Shown: piece after piece, positions 37,459 to 49,679 of the stretch | Layout: each line of letters starts with the position of its first letter | How positions within the stretch are numbered: the stretch's first letter is position 1 | Origin: Phoronis australis | Taxonomy: Eukaryota; Animalia; Phoronida | Assembly (NCBI GenBank): GCA_002633005.1 | Contig: NMRA01000439.1 | Location: 124,001-188,000 of the forward strand | Length of the DNA: 64,000 nucleotides | Reading direction: 5' to 3' | The notes under the pieces: generated by a model | What the model saw: only the letters and a program-made list of their open reading frames with translations | Told to the model about the DNA's origin: nothing | Databases searched by the model: none | Position numbers and translations under genes: made by a program

Positions 37459-40074
37459 CAGTGGCGGATCTACGTTTTCAGTAAGGGGGGGTTTAGGATT
37501 CCCGCAAAGGTCGAATCCGAGGCGCGNCCAAACAGTGAAATTTCCATGCATCCTGGTACGTTTCTGGCACTTAACATGTCCCTGGAGTTTTTCTTAAGAT
37601 AATTAAAAACCCTTCTCGATTTCGTCACATGAACTTGGCTCATAAGTTTCGTGCCTTTTGTCCACATCTGGGTATGAGTCACACCACCAGCAAAAATTTT
37701 TGTTGTAACATCTGTTTACACACACCTTTTTAGCATACGAAAAAGTGTGGTGTGTATACAGGGACTTAGACAACTACCAAATATTCAAGAGCATAAGGAG
37801 CACCGACGGGGCCTAAAAACTTGAATATCAGATAATCGCAACAGCCTCAAGCTGTTTAAGAACGAAGACCTGTACTGTTAGTTCGGAAATAAACATGTGT
37901 TCTGTCTCTTTACGAGAAAAACTGGCGAACGATGGTGCTCTCAGCTCATAGTCTATTATTAAAAGCGACAGTAAATAATTAAGTATCACTTTATTACGCT
38001 GAATCACGTTGACAACAATTGAAAAACGTCAAATGTATCATGAAATAAATCATCTGAAAACAGTTTCACGAAACCAAAACATTCTGTACATAGTGGTCAG
38101 GTGAAAAGATATACAGCAGCAGTTCGCAGAGGGACCAGATGTACACTGAGAGTACACAAAAACTCTGGCCTGGACCGTCACGAGACCAAAAGTACACCTA
38201 TGCTTATTATCTCTATAAAAATAGTCGATCTATCGCGGGACCAAACAGTACTGGCTTAGATAAATAGTTTTACAAAGCACACTTTGGTAAAATACATCAC
38301 AAGACTAGTTAGTTCACCGACTGAGGGACCAGAAGTACACTGAAACTCGACATAAACACAAATCAAGCTAGCCTGGTCCGCCGCGAGACCTAAAGCGTAC
38401 TTTACAAAAAAATTTGAATTGAAAACTTCTCTCTAGACACTTTTTAATCTCCAGTGGTTGCTCATACGCGTAGTTTGCACATCTGGTGGTCAACTGCTGC
38501 AAGAGGTTGTTTACGAAAGGTTTTCGCACCGTTCTGTAGTACTGGAAAAAAACAAGTGAGTACAGTTTTAACTACACAATACGTGAAATAGATTTTGGAT
38601 ATGAAGCAGATAGACGCAAGTGGAAATACAAATCAGAATCAGTTTCTGTGCGCTCGTAGACCCTCTGCTGCACTCACTTGGCATGCCCAAAAATAATTTC
38701 TATTCCGTTTTCATTGTACACATCATAAAAACCAACATTATTACAAACTGTGTAGAATTACAACTTATTACCTGGGTGTTTCTCCAGGAACGTTGGTCCT
38801 GTCTTTCTGTTGTATAGACCTGCCGAGGAATCTGTATATCGGATCCAATGGTTTGCTCCTCTTGGAACCATTCTACCCAGACATCTTCGACGTTTGTTCC
38901 CAACACGTTCACTTCGTCAACTGCTGTGTCAATGAGCTTGTACGCCTGTACAGTGTCAGCATCTCGTTTCGCAGCTCAGTTGGCACTAAGCCCCCTGAGA
39001 TTACCAAATCCATTCCAAAGACTTACAGCATCCGTTCATCATGGACTACTTCAAACCTTGACGACGTATCCCAGGACCCCGCATTTGCATCTCTTGCAAT
39101 TTTCGAAATAAACGTCCCAATGTCTGAACGCTTGAAACCCGAAGTACTAACATCAAATAAATGCCCAAGGGCATGGGCGTTTCGTCGGGTGGGCCTTTCT
39201 GCGGAAATTCCCAGAAAAGAAAACGGCAGTGGTGCTTGTTGCAGGTAGAAAAACGGTAGGTGTTGAGGTCGGCATTAGGACTCCTTAGGAGGCCTATTGA
39301 ACATCGCACGAGTCCCGCAAGACTTTGTTGTGAAAATACAGCCTCACCGCAATTGCTGGTACTGTACACTGTTCGCGAATGCGGTCACTTTGTCAATGTG
39401 AGTGCCCCCTTGGTCATTCCTTGTAAAGACATAACTTTAATTGTTAGAGTGCATCTTCAAACAGACTCGCGACCAGACCACGGCGCCCGCCATAATAGCA
39501 ATTCTTCGGAAAACGAGTTTTTTTTTCAAAAGTATTACATGCACAGGTACACCGTATGATATTGCGCGAGACAACTTTACTATACACCAGTCAAATTCGA
39601 GTTACAAAAACGTGTGAGGTGAAATAAGATGACACGGCATGACAGATGAGGTAAAAACGTTGCACGTCAACTTTGATTCGCCTGAATCATGGTTGCGGCA
39701 CCACAGTATTTCCCCTAATCAAATCAAAACATATCTTAGAGTAAAGAAAGTAGTTACCTGCAGCTATAGAGCTGCTCTTTCAGCGGTGGATCCATCTAAA
39801 AAGCTTGGCTACTTCAGACGTGTCGCGCGCACAATTGATCTCTGGGTTTTGCCGTTGAGCCACGAAGACTCGAAATGCTTTGATTTTCGTAACAGCAATT
39901 ATTCACAAAACAAAACAAATATATTTTCAGAATGAACCCCCCCTCCTTTTTTCCAAGTTGGTTTACTTGGGGTTTACACACGCTGGCGGTGCCGTTTTTG
40001 TTTTGCTGGAGACGTTTTTTTTCCTGGCCCGAGGGGGGTTAAACCCCCTGAACCCCCCCGTAGATCCGCCACTG
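37459..40074 (-). mobile_element. Decayed hAT DNA transposon with 16-bp TIRs
   Basis: CAGTGGCGGATCTACG (37459-37474) / CGTAGATCCGCCACTG (40059-40074); internal transposase remnant; no 8-bp TSD is recognisable. Confidence 0.75.
38440..39150 (-). pseudogene. hAT (PRKRIR/THAP12-like) transposase remnant with stops, frameshifts and a probable intron (38542-38771)
   Basis: Minus-strand pieces KRDADTVQAYKLIDTAVDEV...EDVWVEWFQEEQTIGSDIQIPRQ, R-TNVPGETP and YYRTVRKPFVNNLLQQL resemble the hAT region '..PR..RQ..R.N.P..TPE.YYR....PF.D.L..QL..RF'. Confidence 0.7.
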
Positions 40075-40499
40075 AGGTGAAAGAAAGCTATTTCCACCCT
40101 CAGCCTTTTGGTTGAGGGTCGCCCCCCGTTCAAGTTTGCTCCTACCTCTTCTTCAGCAGATCTATCTTATGTTTATTAGTTCCCTGACCTCCCTGGACAA
40201 AACCCTGATGTTTTGTACCTGCTCACCCTCCAATCACCCATTTTCACCTGTTTGCCTCTGATTACCGTGAGTCGCACTATCGCTTAATATATTTCTCGTA
40301 ATTTTTATTACCTTTACTGCCCAAGTTTTTTCTTGATATACCGAGTCTAGTTTTTGCCTATGTGTATTTTCCATGGCGCTGCTCAGGTTTTTTTGTTTTC
40401 AATATTTTAAGCAAAGACACTTCACAATTTTGAAGTAACTAACTGAAAGCAGCCGCAGTCAACGCCTCGCGTACTTCGTCAGCGCACACACGCCTGCTA

Positions 40500-40750
40500 G
40501 GTGTCGCAACGGTCCGTGACGCTATAATGGCGGCGGCTTTTGTGCATAGTTTTGTTTTAACCTTAAAAGGTCTTTGGTTTCATTCAGAAGCGAGCTGAGG
40601 TAGTCCTATCCAATGAGCTATATTATATTTATCTCATTGGTTCTACCCAATCTCATTGGTCCTACCTCGCTAACTGGGCGTATATTGTTATTGAGCATGC
40701 GCATTGGAGCAACTGACATCGGTTATTGAGTTTATTCGGCGAGTGAGCTG
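40500..40750 (+). promoter_or_regulatory. Probable XPA promoter / non-coding first exon region
   Basis: CpG-richer patch; YY1-like AATGGCGGC (~40527); three CCAAT/ATTGG boxes (40636-40660); NRF1-like GCATGCGCA (~40695); donor-like GA|GTGAGC (~40742). Confidence 0.45.
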
Positions 40751-42269
40751 TGAAATTTGAGGCATATTGCCTGCATCAAGTGATTCCATTTATATGTAGT
40801 GAGTGTGTTTTCACTAAAAGATCATTAAGTTGAACAACGATACACGTAATTATCGTTTTGAAGTGTGTTTTAACTGTCGCAATTTTAGTCTATAAAATTG
40901 GCGCAATTACTAATAGTCGGCCATATTGGATCGCGTACCTTGACGAGGGACTGATTAATGGTGCCCGTGGTTTGAAACACAGGCGTCCTCAGCTTCTGAT
41001 CGTCACGAATACACTATATAATGCCTGTGGTTTGAAATACCTAAAAATATTGTTCAGTTGACGTCATTATATTCTCGTTTTACTGTTATTTGTACAAAAT
41101 TTTCTTCTCATATAAACCGATTATAGGAAATGCCAGGGATGTCTCGTTCACTCCTTCACCTGTTGTGAATGGGTAGGTAGGCAAGAATCAAGATTCTTTA
41201 TTTAAAGTCGTTCGAAGAACAGATTAAGATTAGCCAGTTGGGCTATTTCAGGCACATTGAAGTCTAGCCCTGGAATGCCAACATTGTTCTGTACTTCTTG
41301 CGGCTGCTGTCAGGATGTGTGACATTTGTTTGCATTTGTTTGGTTAGGCCTAGGAACCAGTACTTTTTCAACTGAATTGCGTAAGACTTAGCCTATATCA
41401 TTAGAAAGCCCTTTGTCAGTTCTTGATGTTGTGTTTATAGCAGAAGCAAAGAATGTGTAATTTAATAAATCATCATTTTGGATACGTGGCAGGTTTAAGA
41501 ACTATTTCTTGTTTACAGCTATGCGAAAAATAACAGGGTGTAATAGTAACATGAAATCAGCAGGAAATAATTTTAACGATTCAAAAGACTTTTACCATAT
41601 CAAGACAAAGATTTTAGAATATGATTTCTTCACAGTTGCTGTGAAGAATTTAGTGTGCAGGTATTCATCTAAAATTTTACATTTTTTGGTGGTGTTTGGT
41701 GCAGTTCTTAGTAAAAATTCACAGTGCAGTGACATTTACAAACATTTGAAAAACTGATTACTCCAACTACCCATCTGATATTTGCCGATAAAGGCTTTCT
41801 GATAGATAAAAATTCGCTATGTCCTGGGCATATGTCCTGAAGTGTCAGAATCTACCTCAACATATTGAATGAGTTAGACTTTCTGGTTTTTTAGTATATT
41901 TACCCAAAAAAGCTATTGTTAGCTCTCGTTGATAACTATCAGTTGGCAAATGGAGTTTGAATTTTTGTAGTGGAGAATACCAACATCCTAGATGATTTTT
42001 TCAGTCGGAGACACAGGATATTCGCTTGGATGGAACACCTGATACAGTGTTCCATCCAAGCGAATATGATCAGTACAACTGCATGGTCCGTACAGTTATC
42101 TTTTGATATACCCTTCCATTCTTTTATTGCAGGATAATCATAATCATGAACAAACTAACAATGTGAGAACGTTTACACTTGCATCCTACGTTGGTGACCT
42201 GTAGATCGGTCGACGTCCGAACACCTTGATGTTAAAGTTAGCTTTGGTGACCAACTTTGTACAGAAGCT

Positions 42270-42406
42270 ATGACGGAAGCAGATAATGGGCTTACTGCAG
42301 CCCAGAAGGCAAGAATGGAGAGAAATCGCCAAAAAGCTTTGCGATTACGGGAGTCGAGGCTAGCAAACAGACCATACCCACCGTCAAAAGGTTCTCAGGA
42401 CCAAAA
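42270..42406 (+). CDS. XPA: XPA coding exon 1
   Basis: [38 protein letters not shown]; donor GTGAGT. Confidence 0.9.
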
Positions 42407-45400
42407 GTGAGTTGCCCAACCTATCACTTTCATAGACTTGGTGGAAAATGGTTCTGTGTAATACAGTATTTAGATTTATGTTGGGGATGAACACTTCTCT
42501 ATTACAATACATATGAGCAAAATGACTTGGAATTCCTTGCCAGGTTGGTGTGGCGTTAGGCAAATTCACGATCATAGTATCTGTCTTTCATCTTCAGTAA
42601 GAGAAGGAGAATTCACCACAACTTAACAAAATGCAGAGGCTATTCTTTAATTAACGTTATGCCGCCCTCAGAAGTGATTACCAACCATTTTTACTGTAAA
42701 CGTTACAGAATTAGACGTCCACCCCCATCATAATAGAGGAACGAGGTAATGTAATGTAGGTGTGCTGGCGGTGTAAGGGCGGATCTGTGTCGAAAAACTA
42801 GAGCTAGTCTCAACTACGTTAAAAACTGAAAATTTCTTTCTGGTGTCAATATCATATGTTAGTTAAGTGGTTCTTGAATTACTTGTTTGTTGTGGAAAAG
42901 TAACCTCTGACCTCTTTGTAGTTTAAAGGGTCAAAGGTCAACCAAGGTGTGCAGTCGTGTAGTGGACACTCAAGCGGGCTTCCTTTTGGAAGAAGATGAC
43001 GAGGAAGCTTCAGAACCCAAGAAAGTAATAGTTGAACCTGGTAATGTTTGTCGTCATCGTTTAGGAAAAAGTCAGTATAAGCTAAAAGTATTTTGAAAAA
43101 ATGACACGGAATTCCCCCTGAATGATGGCTCCACGGAAGCTGAATTCATCATAATCTCTTCACATCATTGAAAATGAAGGGGAATTTATAGGAAAGTTTA
43201 AAACTGACTGAGACATTCTGTAATTGGAATTGTGCCATTGTAATAGTTACCAGCAGTAATTCTTGCTGCTCATACACTCAGCCGCTGAGAAAACGTATTT
43301 TATCTGATTATTTTTGTCTTGAACTGTACATGTGAATCTTTTTACGGTAACTCTCCACCTGTTTTGCACAAAAATAGATGTCTAAATTGTCGTTTTTACA
43401 TTTTTAAAGACTGATTATTTTGCTCTAAATAATGGAAACTGTTAACTCTACAAACCATGCTGGTAATAGGCTAAAATGTTCTTAAGTTTAACTTTTGTGG
43501 TGAAATTCGGCAAACTAGAATTTCACTTGTCAGCCATTTTTTGTGCAAAATAAGTGAAAAATAACTGTAACCAGATATTAACGTTAAAACTGGTCTGCTG
43601 GATTATCTTAGACTTTAATATCATGAACATTCCTGGATGGGTCAAGGTCTACAGAGTTAAAAGTTCAATCTCAGATTAAGACACAAAGCAAACAACAGTA
43701 TCTAACATTCATTAATGTTCATATTGGTCGCCCCACTTTGCTTGATGACCCCACTGTTCCACTTTCTTGGTAATGCATGTTTTTCTGGACCACACTTGAA
43801 CTCCAAACTATAATGAGATGTCTTGTTGTCTTTTTGTCTGCAGGACCATTATTAGCCAGTGACTTCATGTTGTGCGAGGAATGTCATAAGCGTTTTATGG
43901 AATCTTATTTGTACAATAATTACGGCGTTCTCGTCTGTGATGGCTGCAGGTTGGTGTTTCTTGCATTGAAATTCTTATCAGTGCTGTGTCCTGATTTAAT
44001 CTAGATTTGAACGGAAGTGTGTCTTGGTTTAACTTGAAATTATGGAACGCATTGTTTAACCGGGTTCTAGGGTGCATTACAACACAGCAATTTGGTCATT
44101 GCCTTTGCTCATTAAGGGTGAGAGGATAATTTAGATGGAGGATTGTTAAGCCATTTTATACACTTCATAAAAGCCAACTTCAACGGAATTTTGTTATTTT
44201 AGATGTATTGGGCTAACCAGATAATCGTAGCAAAACCTTAGTAAAATAAGAAAATGCGAGTTCAATCACGCAGTTGTAAGCCTGTCAAATGATATTAAGT
44301 GAAGCTGCCTTTTTGTGCCATGTTGCGTTACCGCGAGATCCCAGCACAAACAACAAAGGTTTGTATTGAATGGGGGAGGGTCTGAATGGAACACCATTAT
44401 GTGCGGGTGTTATTCGCAGCTGTCTGAATTAAAAGGTGATTCTCACGGTGACGTAAATAAAAGCAAGCCAATATGCATTTAGCAATTTATGGCAGTAGTG
44501 GGCTCAGAGCGATGCTCTTAACATACTGTAGGAACCAAATTTACAGGTGTTACTGTTGAAGATAGGCTTTAATGTTGCACGCATAGCTTATGAGGACCAG
44601 ATTGCCAGAGGATTTGAAATTGAAATGTGTGTTTGAAGTAAGTGGGGATTTGTATTTTTGTTACAGAATTGGCTTTCCATCTTAAGGATGGTAATTTTAA
44701 AATAATTTAAGGTGGCCTGCTGTCTTTTACATCCGGTCAAACATACATAGGTGACATGGACAGGTCCACGTAGCCAGGCCCATTGCTGAGAGAAACTCAG
44801 GAGAGGTCTCCTATTAGTCGTCAGGTTCTTTATGAAAGAAGTTTTCAATTCACCCTGTGTCTTTTACAAAATGGACAATGCTAATCCATTTGTTGGTTTG
44901 CTCTATGCTTTGTAGATGTAGGATGGTGCTGTACTGCTTGAAGTGTAAGAATGTTACTCAGAGATCTTCTCCGTTATTTCAGAGATTCGGATGAGAGACA
45001 TAAGCTCATAACAAAGAGCGACGCTAAGGCAAAGTATTTGTTAAAAGATGCCGACCTTGACAAATGGGAGCCAGCGTTGAAATTTATTGTCAAGAAAAAT
45101 CCTCGCAACTCAGTTTGGGGTGAAATGAAACTCTACCTAGAATCGCAGGTGATTACTTTTATCATAGTTCATGTACAGCCATTTTCGTTATAAACTTGAT
45201 GGACTTCGACGGAACTCTTTTCAGGCTTGGGCAAACTTTGTACCACACTTATCTGGCAGTTTAGTCCAACAGTTGTCGCAATGGAATTGCATTTTTTTGA
45301 ACTTTAGTGGAAGTTTGATGTGATGTTGTAGATCCTGTCCGATACTTAATTATTTGTAAAAGGACTTGCAATTCAAGTTGTTGGATTTTGCCAAAGTGCG

Positions 45401-46413
45401 GGGAAATGCACATATTGAGTTTTTGTTGAGAATTTGCTGTCAGAAATTAAAACATGTTCTAATCGAAAAGAAATAGATACCTAGTTGTGGTTTTCTGAGT
45501 GGAAACATTGCCAGATTATAACGTTGTCTATTTTTTTTAAATTGCTGTATCTGTTTCAGAGCACAGCTGAGGTTTTCAGATGATTGTTTAAGAACTCTTT
45601 TTTTACCTATGTTTATTACCTGTACTGTCCATCTGAACAGTTGGTTATCACTCATTACTTCGAGAGCCTTTGTCGCATTCTGCACGGTGTACGTGTGTGA
45701 AATTTGGGTCGCAGAAGTTTGGATTCGTGTCGGTGTTTGCTTTGCTCATATGAGTTGCCTTATAGACATTTTTTGGCACGGGAAATCTTATTTTGTTGAA
45801 GTCTGTGCCAGTGCTTACGTAACAGTTATTGCCCCTCGACTCAGTTTCTATGTACCTCTGCTGACAGGTAAAATCACGTTGTATGGAGGTGTGGGGCAGT
45901 GACGAGGCACTCGAGGAGGAACATGGCAGGCGTCAAGAGAACAGAGAGAAACTGAAGCAGAAAAAGTTTGACAAGAAGGTCAAAGGTCAGTACGTACACT
46001 AAACCACTGAAGGACTATTACTACCTGTTTTTAGAAAACAATTTGTTAACAGGTGTTGTTTATTTGCAAGTTACTGTAAGCAGAACATTGTCTTATTGCA
46101 TTGAAAAATGTCTTTTTACCATGTGTGCTCCATATCCTAGGCAATTATGAAGAGAAAGTTAAAGCAGTCTAAATATGTTGTCAGTAATCGCGTGTGAAGA
46201 GTTCAATACGCAAGCATCTTTTTTTTCTAACTATTCCTTTGACAGCTTTCCCTTGTCTGTGTAGATTTACGAAATGCTGTACGAAGCAGCCTGTGGACAA
46301 AGGACACAAGCTCCCATGAACATCTATATGGGCCAGAGAGTTATGACGAGGACAGTGACATGTATAGTAAAATATGTCGGTGTGGTCACCTGCTAACGTA
46401 TGAGAAAATGTGA
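42270..46413 (+). CDS. XPA: DNA repair protein XPA; join(42270..42406,42922..43040,43844..43949,44983..45148,45868..45985,46265..46413), 264 aa
   Basis: Six in-phase exons (795 nt). [21 protein letters not shown]; [10 protein letters not shown]; C4 zinc finger CEEC...CDGC; [20 protein letters not shown]; [16 protein letters not shown]; [12 protein letters not shown]; HEHLYGPE...LTYEKM*. Confidence 0.97.
42922..43040 (+). CDS. XPA: XPA coding exon 2
   Basis: [17 protein letters not shown]...VIVEPG. Confidence 0.9.
43844..43949 (+). CDS. XPA: XPA coding exon 3 (zinc finger)
   Basis: [26 protein letters not shown]. Confidence 0.96.
44983..45148 (+). CDS. XPA: XPA coding exon 4
   Basis: [25 protein letters not shown]...[11 protein letters not shown]. 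Confidence 0.96.
45868..45985 (+). CDS. XPA: XPA coding exon 5
   Basis: [18 protein letters not shown]...[10 protein letters not shown]. Confidence 0.96.
46265..46413 (+). CDS. XPA: XPA coding exon 6 (last)
   Basis: [10 protein letters not shown]...HEHLYGPE...[10 protein letters not shown]. Confidence 0.96.
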
Positions 46414-47819
46414 TCTGAATTGGTGCTACATTTAAGTTACCGTGGAATAGCTGTCAAGGAAGGGTGGTATGGCACAAAACTTACTTTTAATAACTGTCAC
46501 AGTTATTGAAATTGTGACAGTCACTCAAATTGTCGCACTTACTTAAATTGTCACAGATACTCAAATTGTGTCAATTTCTGAAATTGTTGCATTTGCAGAA
46601 GTTGTCATGCACAATTTATGTCCGTGTTTAACACGAATGTTGTCACAGACCTCAAAATGTGGTTTTTGTTTTGCGCTGTGATACGTATGGTGTTCAGTTT
46701 TGCTCCAACAGTACAGTGCTGAAAATTTGTGTAAGCTGTGCATATTATGTAAGATGTCACAATTGTCACTTAATGTTGCAAAATGCGTACCAACAGCATT
46801 TGGCTGTAGGAAGAACTATTCTGTTCTTCTGTTCGTTGGCTTTACACACTTATTAATTTGTGTGCATCCTTTCTGCAGAAGTGTTCCCAATAAGGTGATC
46901 TCATCGTTTGGAGTGATGGGAGAAAAGAGTGGACGAAGGTTAATCAGAAAACATGCTCACATAATAAAGATAGTGGCTGGTCTCATTTGTGAATAATGGG
47001 ACTAAAAACAAGCCTCAACAGTAGGTGTAAATTTCTGAGTCTCTTTAATGGCGTTTCTAGCTCTCATTTTCTACGACTTGCTTTTTCAGCATCTTAGTAA
47101 TGCAGGGGGGGGGGGGTCATCAGAATCTGTTTTCTTTTACTGTTTCCTCAGAAGTTGGCATGTGTGTGTAGTTGTTTCTGGTCACCTTTGTGTTCCGAGC
47201 GCCTTAATTGAATCGTAGCACTCACCGTTGTCACAGAACTATGAGCGATGCTAAATCAAAACAAAACAAAACAGAAGGGTGTTTTTGGAGTCGTTTGAAG
47301 ACTGTTTGGAGTGCCTGAAACCTTAGGCATTGATTCTGTCGCTACGTATTCTGCTGGGCACCCTGCTGTATGGTCGTATTCCGCCAACTTGGTTTTCGCC
47401 ACGCCCGTGCACTTATAAGCGGCACTCGACCAATTCTGTTACTCTAACTCATGCCCTGGCATTTATAGTCTCTTACAATATTATGAAACTTTTCACCAGT
47501 AAACAAACACTTTCTAGATTTTGCTGTATTTCTATACACATAAACAAGGCTCCAGAATGTTCTAGACTACAGTTTTCACTTATGGATGAAACAATCTCCA
47601 GGAATGTTCTCTACTATTCTATTGTAAACAAATTACATCATTACCAGCATGATCCCATGGGTCATGTCAGTTGCTATATGCTAGTAAACAAATGGCAAAA
47701 TAAAACCCATAGAATAAGAACTAAAACTAGTGTCGACATGCTCCTGATGCATTCACACTATTGCCTATAAACTCCATTTGTCTGCTGCAGAATGGTTTGC
47801 TTCTGTTTTGGTCACGTCC

Positions 47820-48545
47820 CAGTGATTCTACAGTTGCTGTTGGTTTAATCTTAATTTTAATGTATAGCTGTTTTTATTAAACACCTTGACATTCTGGTTC
47901 CATTTCCAATGTAATTCTCATGTACCGATTCCGGGAATTGGACCTCACGCTAAGTCTTGACATCTGTGCAGTACTTGACGACATGATACTTTTAATTGAT
48001 TACCATCTTGCCATGTGCACTATTGCTTGTAAGCTCCATCGTCTGTGCCACAATGGCTTTTTCGTGTTTGTCTTTTTCTCGCATCTCAGTGATCCTACAA
48101 ATGTTGGTTTAATCTGAATTTTAATGAACAGCTGTTTTTATTAAACACCTTGACATTCTCATTCCATTTCCGATATAATTGACATGTATCGATTCCGGGC
48201 ATTGGACCTCATGCTGAGTCTTGACATCTGCGCAATACTTGACGTCACGATGCTTTTCTTAATTGTTTACCATTTCGCCATACGCAGTATTGTCTATAAG
48301 TTTCATCGTCTATCACAATGGCCTTTTTGTCTTTTGTGACGTACCAAGATCCTGCAGTTGCTGTTGGGTGTTGTTTAACATGAATTTCAATGTTTAGTTT
48401 AAAGTTGTGTATGTCAAATACTTTAACAGTCTTGTTCCTTCTTTGCTGTAATTGACATATGTTAAGCTTCATCATCTGTGCCACAATGGCCTTTTTCTTT
48501 TTATTTATTTATCAAATCCAAGGGATTCTGCAGTTTACTGTTGTG
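47820..48545. repeat. ~260-bp tandem repeat (two full copies plus partial ones)
   Basis: GTTGGTTTAATC..AAACACCTTGACATTCT..ATTGGACCTCA..CACAATGGC repeated from ~47823 and ~48089, with partial copies after. Confidence 0.75.
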
Positions 48546-48604
48546 AGTAATGCGAAATTTAAGTAGTCTAATCATAGTATCATAAGATAAATACAGAGAC
48601 ACTC

Positions 48605-48720
48605 TTAGAAGTCACTGTTGGAGTGGATGTCTTGGGAGGCTTGGAAGAAGTCCGACACCAACAGGCTCTCCTCGACGTCCACCACAGCCACAAGCATGCG
48701 CCTGGCTGGTGTTGTGGAGA
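48605..48720 (-). pseudogene. C-terminal fragment of ORF-A (small unassigned retroelement ORF family)
   Basis: PARRMLVAVVDVEESLLVSDFFQ matches PARRMPVAVADIPESLLAADFFH of the copies at 53-56 kb. Confidence 0.6.
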
Positions 48721-48731
48721 AATTCTGGCTA

Positions 48732-49320
48732 TGTAGTATAGGGGTTCGCTGTGTGAGTTGCCTCGCAGTGTTGGTAGATACAAAATGGTGATAACTAGAC
48801 AGTTCAGCAGTGAACCTGTCCAAATAACAAGTCGTGTCGTTGTGCTGAATAAATGGCAACTGATTTTATTCTGCACTCCAAGTCATTTATATACACAATC
48901 ATTGACAAAATAACTATGACACGTGGGCTAATACTAAGGAAATGACTAAGCTATAATACAAAACAATTCTTATAAATGATTCGACGTCACAAGGAAGCTA
49001 GACCAAATAAGGCAGATTGTTACGTAACCAATTCCGGAGTTGAAGGAACTCTGTAGTAAACAAACTGTCTGTGACGTATGGCTGGACATTTGAGCTGAGA
49101 CACATCTGGTTCCGGTCAGTATGAATCAGCTGATGGGCGAAGTGTCAAAACAAATCACGGAAATCCGTGACAGGTGTGCACTCCAACTCGTGTCTCAGTC
49201 TCAAAAATATGTACGACGTCGGCCAAATGGGCTGATGTTTGCACTTAATTCGTGCGTATTCCGCATCTGCTTTCTCAGTCATTCCCCATGGTTGGCAATC
49301 GCACGTGAGACCTATGTACA
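48732..49320 (-). mobile_element. Probable solo LTR (unrelated family)
   Basis: TGTAGTATAGG...CCTATGTACA inverted TG/CA ends; minus-strand AATAAA at ~48865-48870; no TSD seen. Confidence 0.45.
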
Positions 49321-49679
49321 CCTGTCCTTTGACATTGAGTAGGGCAAAATTTTGTAGCAACATTGCAGTCACGTTGGTGGTTGGGTCAACTCGACTACTG
49401 CTTTGATCCGCATTGTAGATAGTGGTTTTTACGGGCATTTGGTGTGTCCTGTCATTTTGTGCAGAGCATATATCTTGTTCCTCTCGTTGTTACTTGTGGA
49501 CTCTTGTCTGATGTCACCTTTCTGACACTTATGTTGTTTGTGGTCTAGTCTTTTCTGTCTCCTCCTTTTGGTCTCTCTCACCCCTCTGTTCTTGGTGGTC
49601 TTTTAGGTCTGCCTCTCACATAGAGAGTGTTTGTTATCACATCTTGTGATGTACTTTCTGATGATGAACTTTCTGAAAA

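Noticed and set aside
49330-49620. piggyBac-like Cys-rich remnant on the minus strand (GRPKR...TRYM)
   Set aside because: Multiple stops and too few diagnostic residues.
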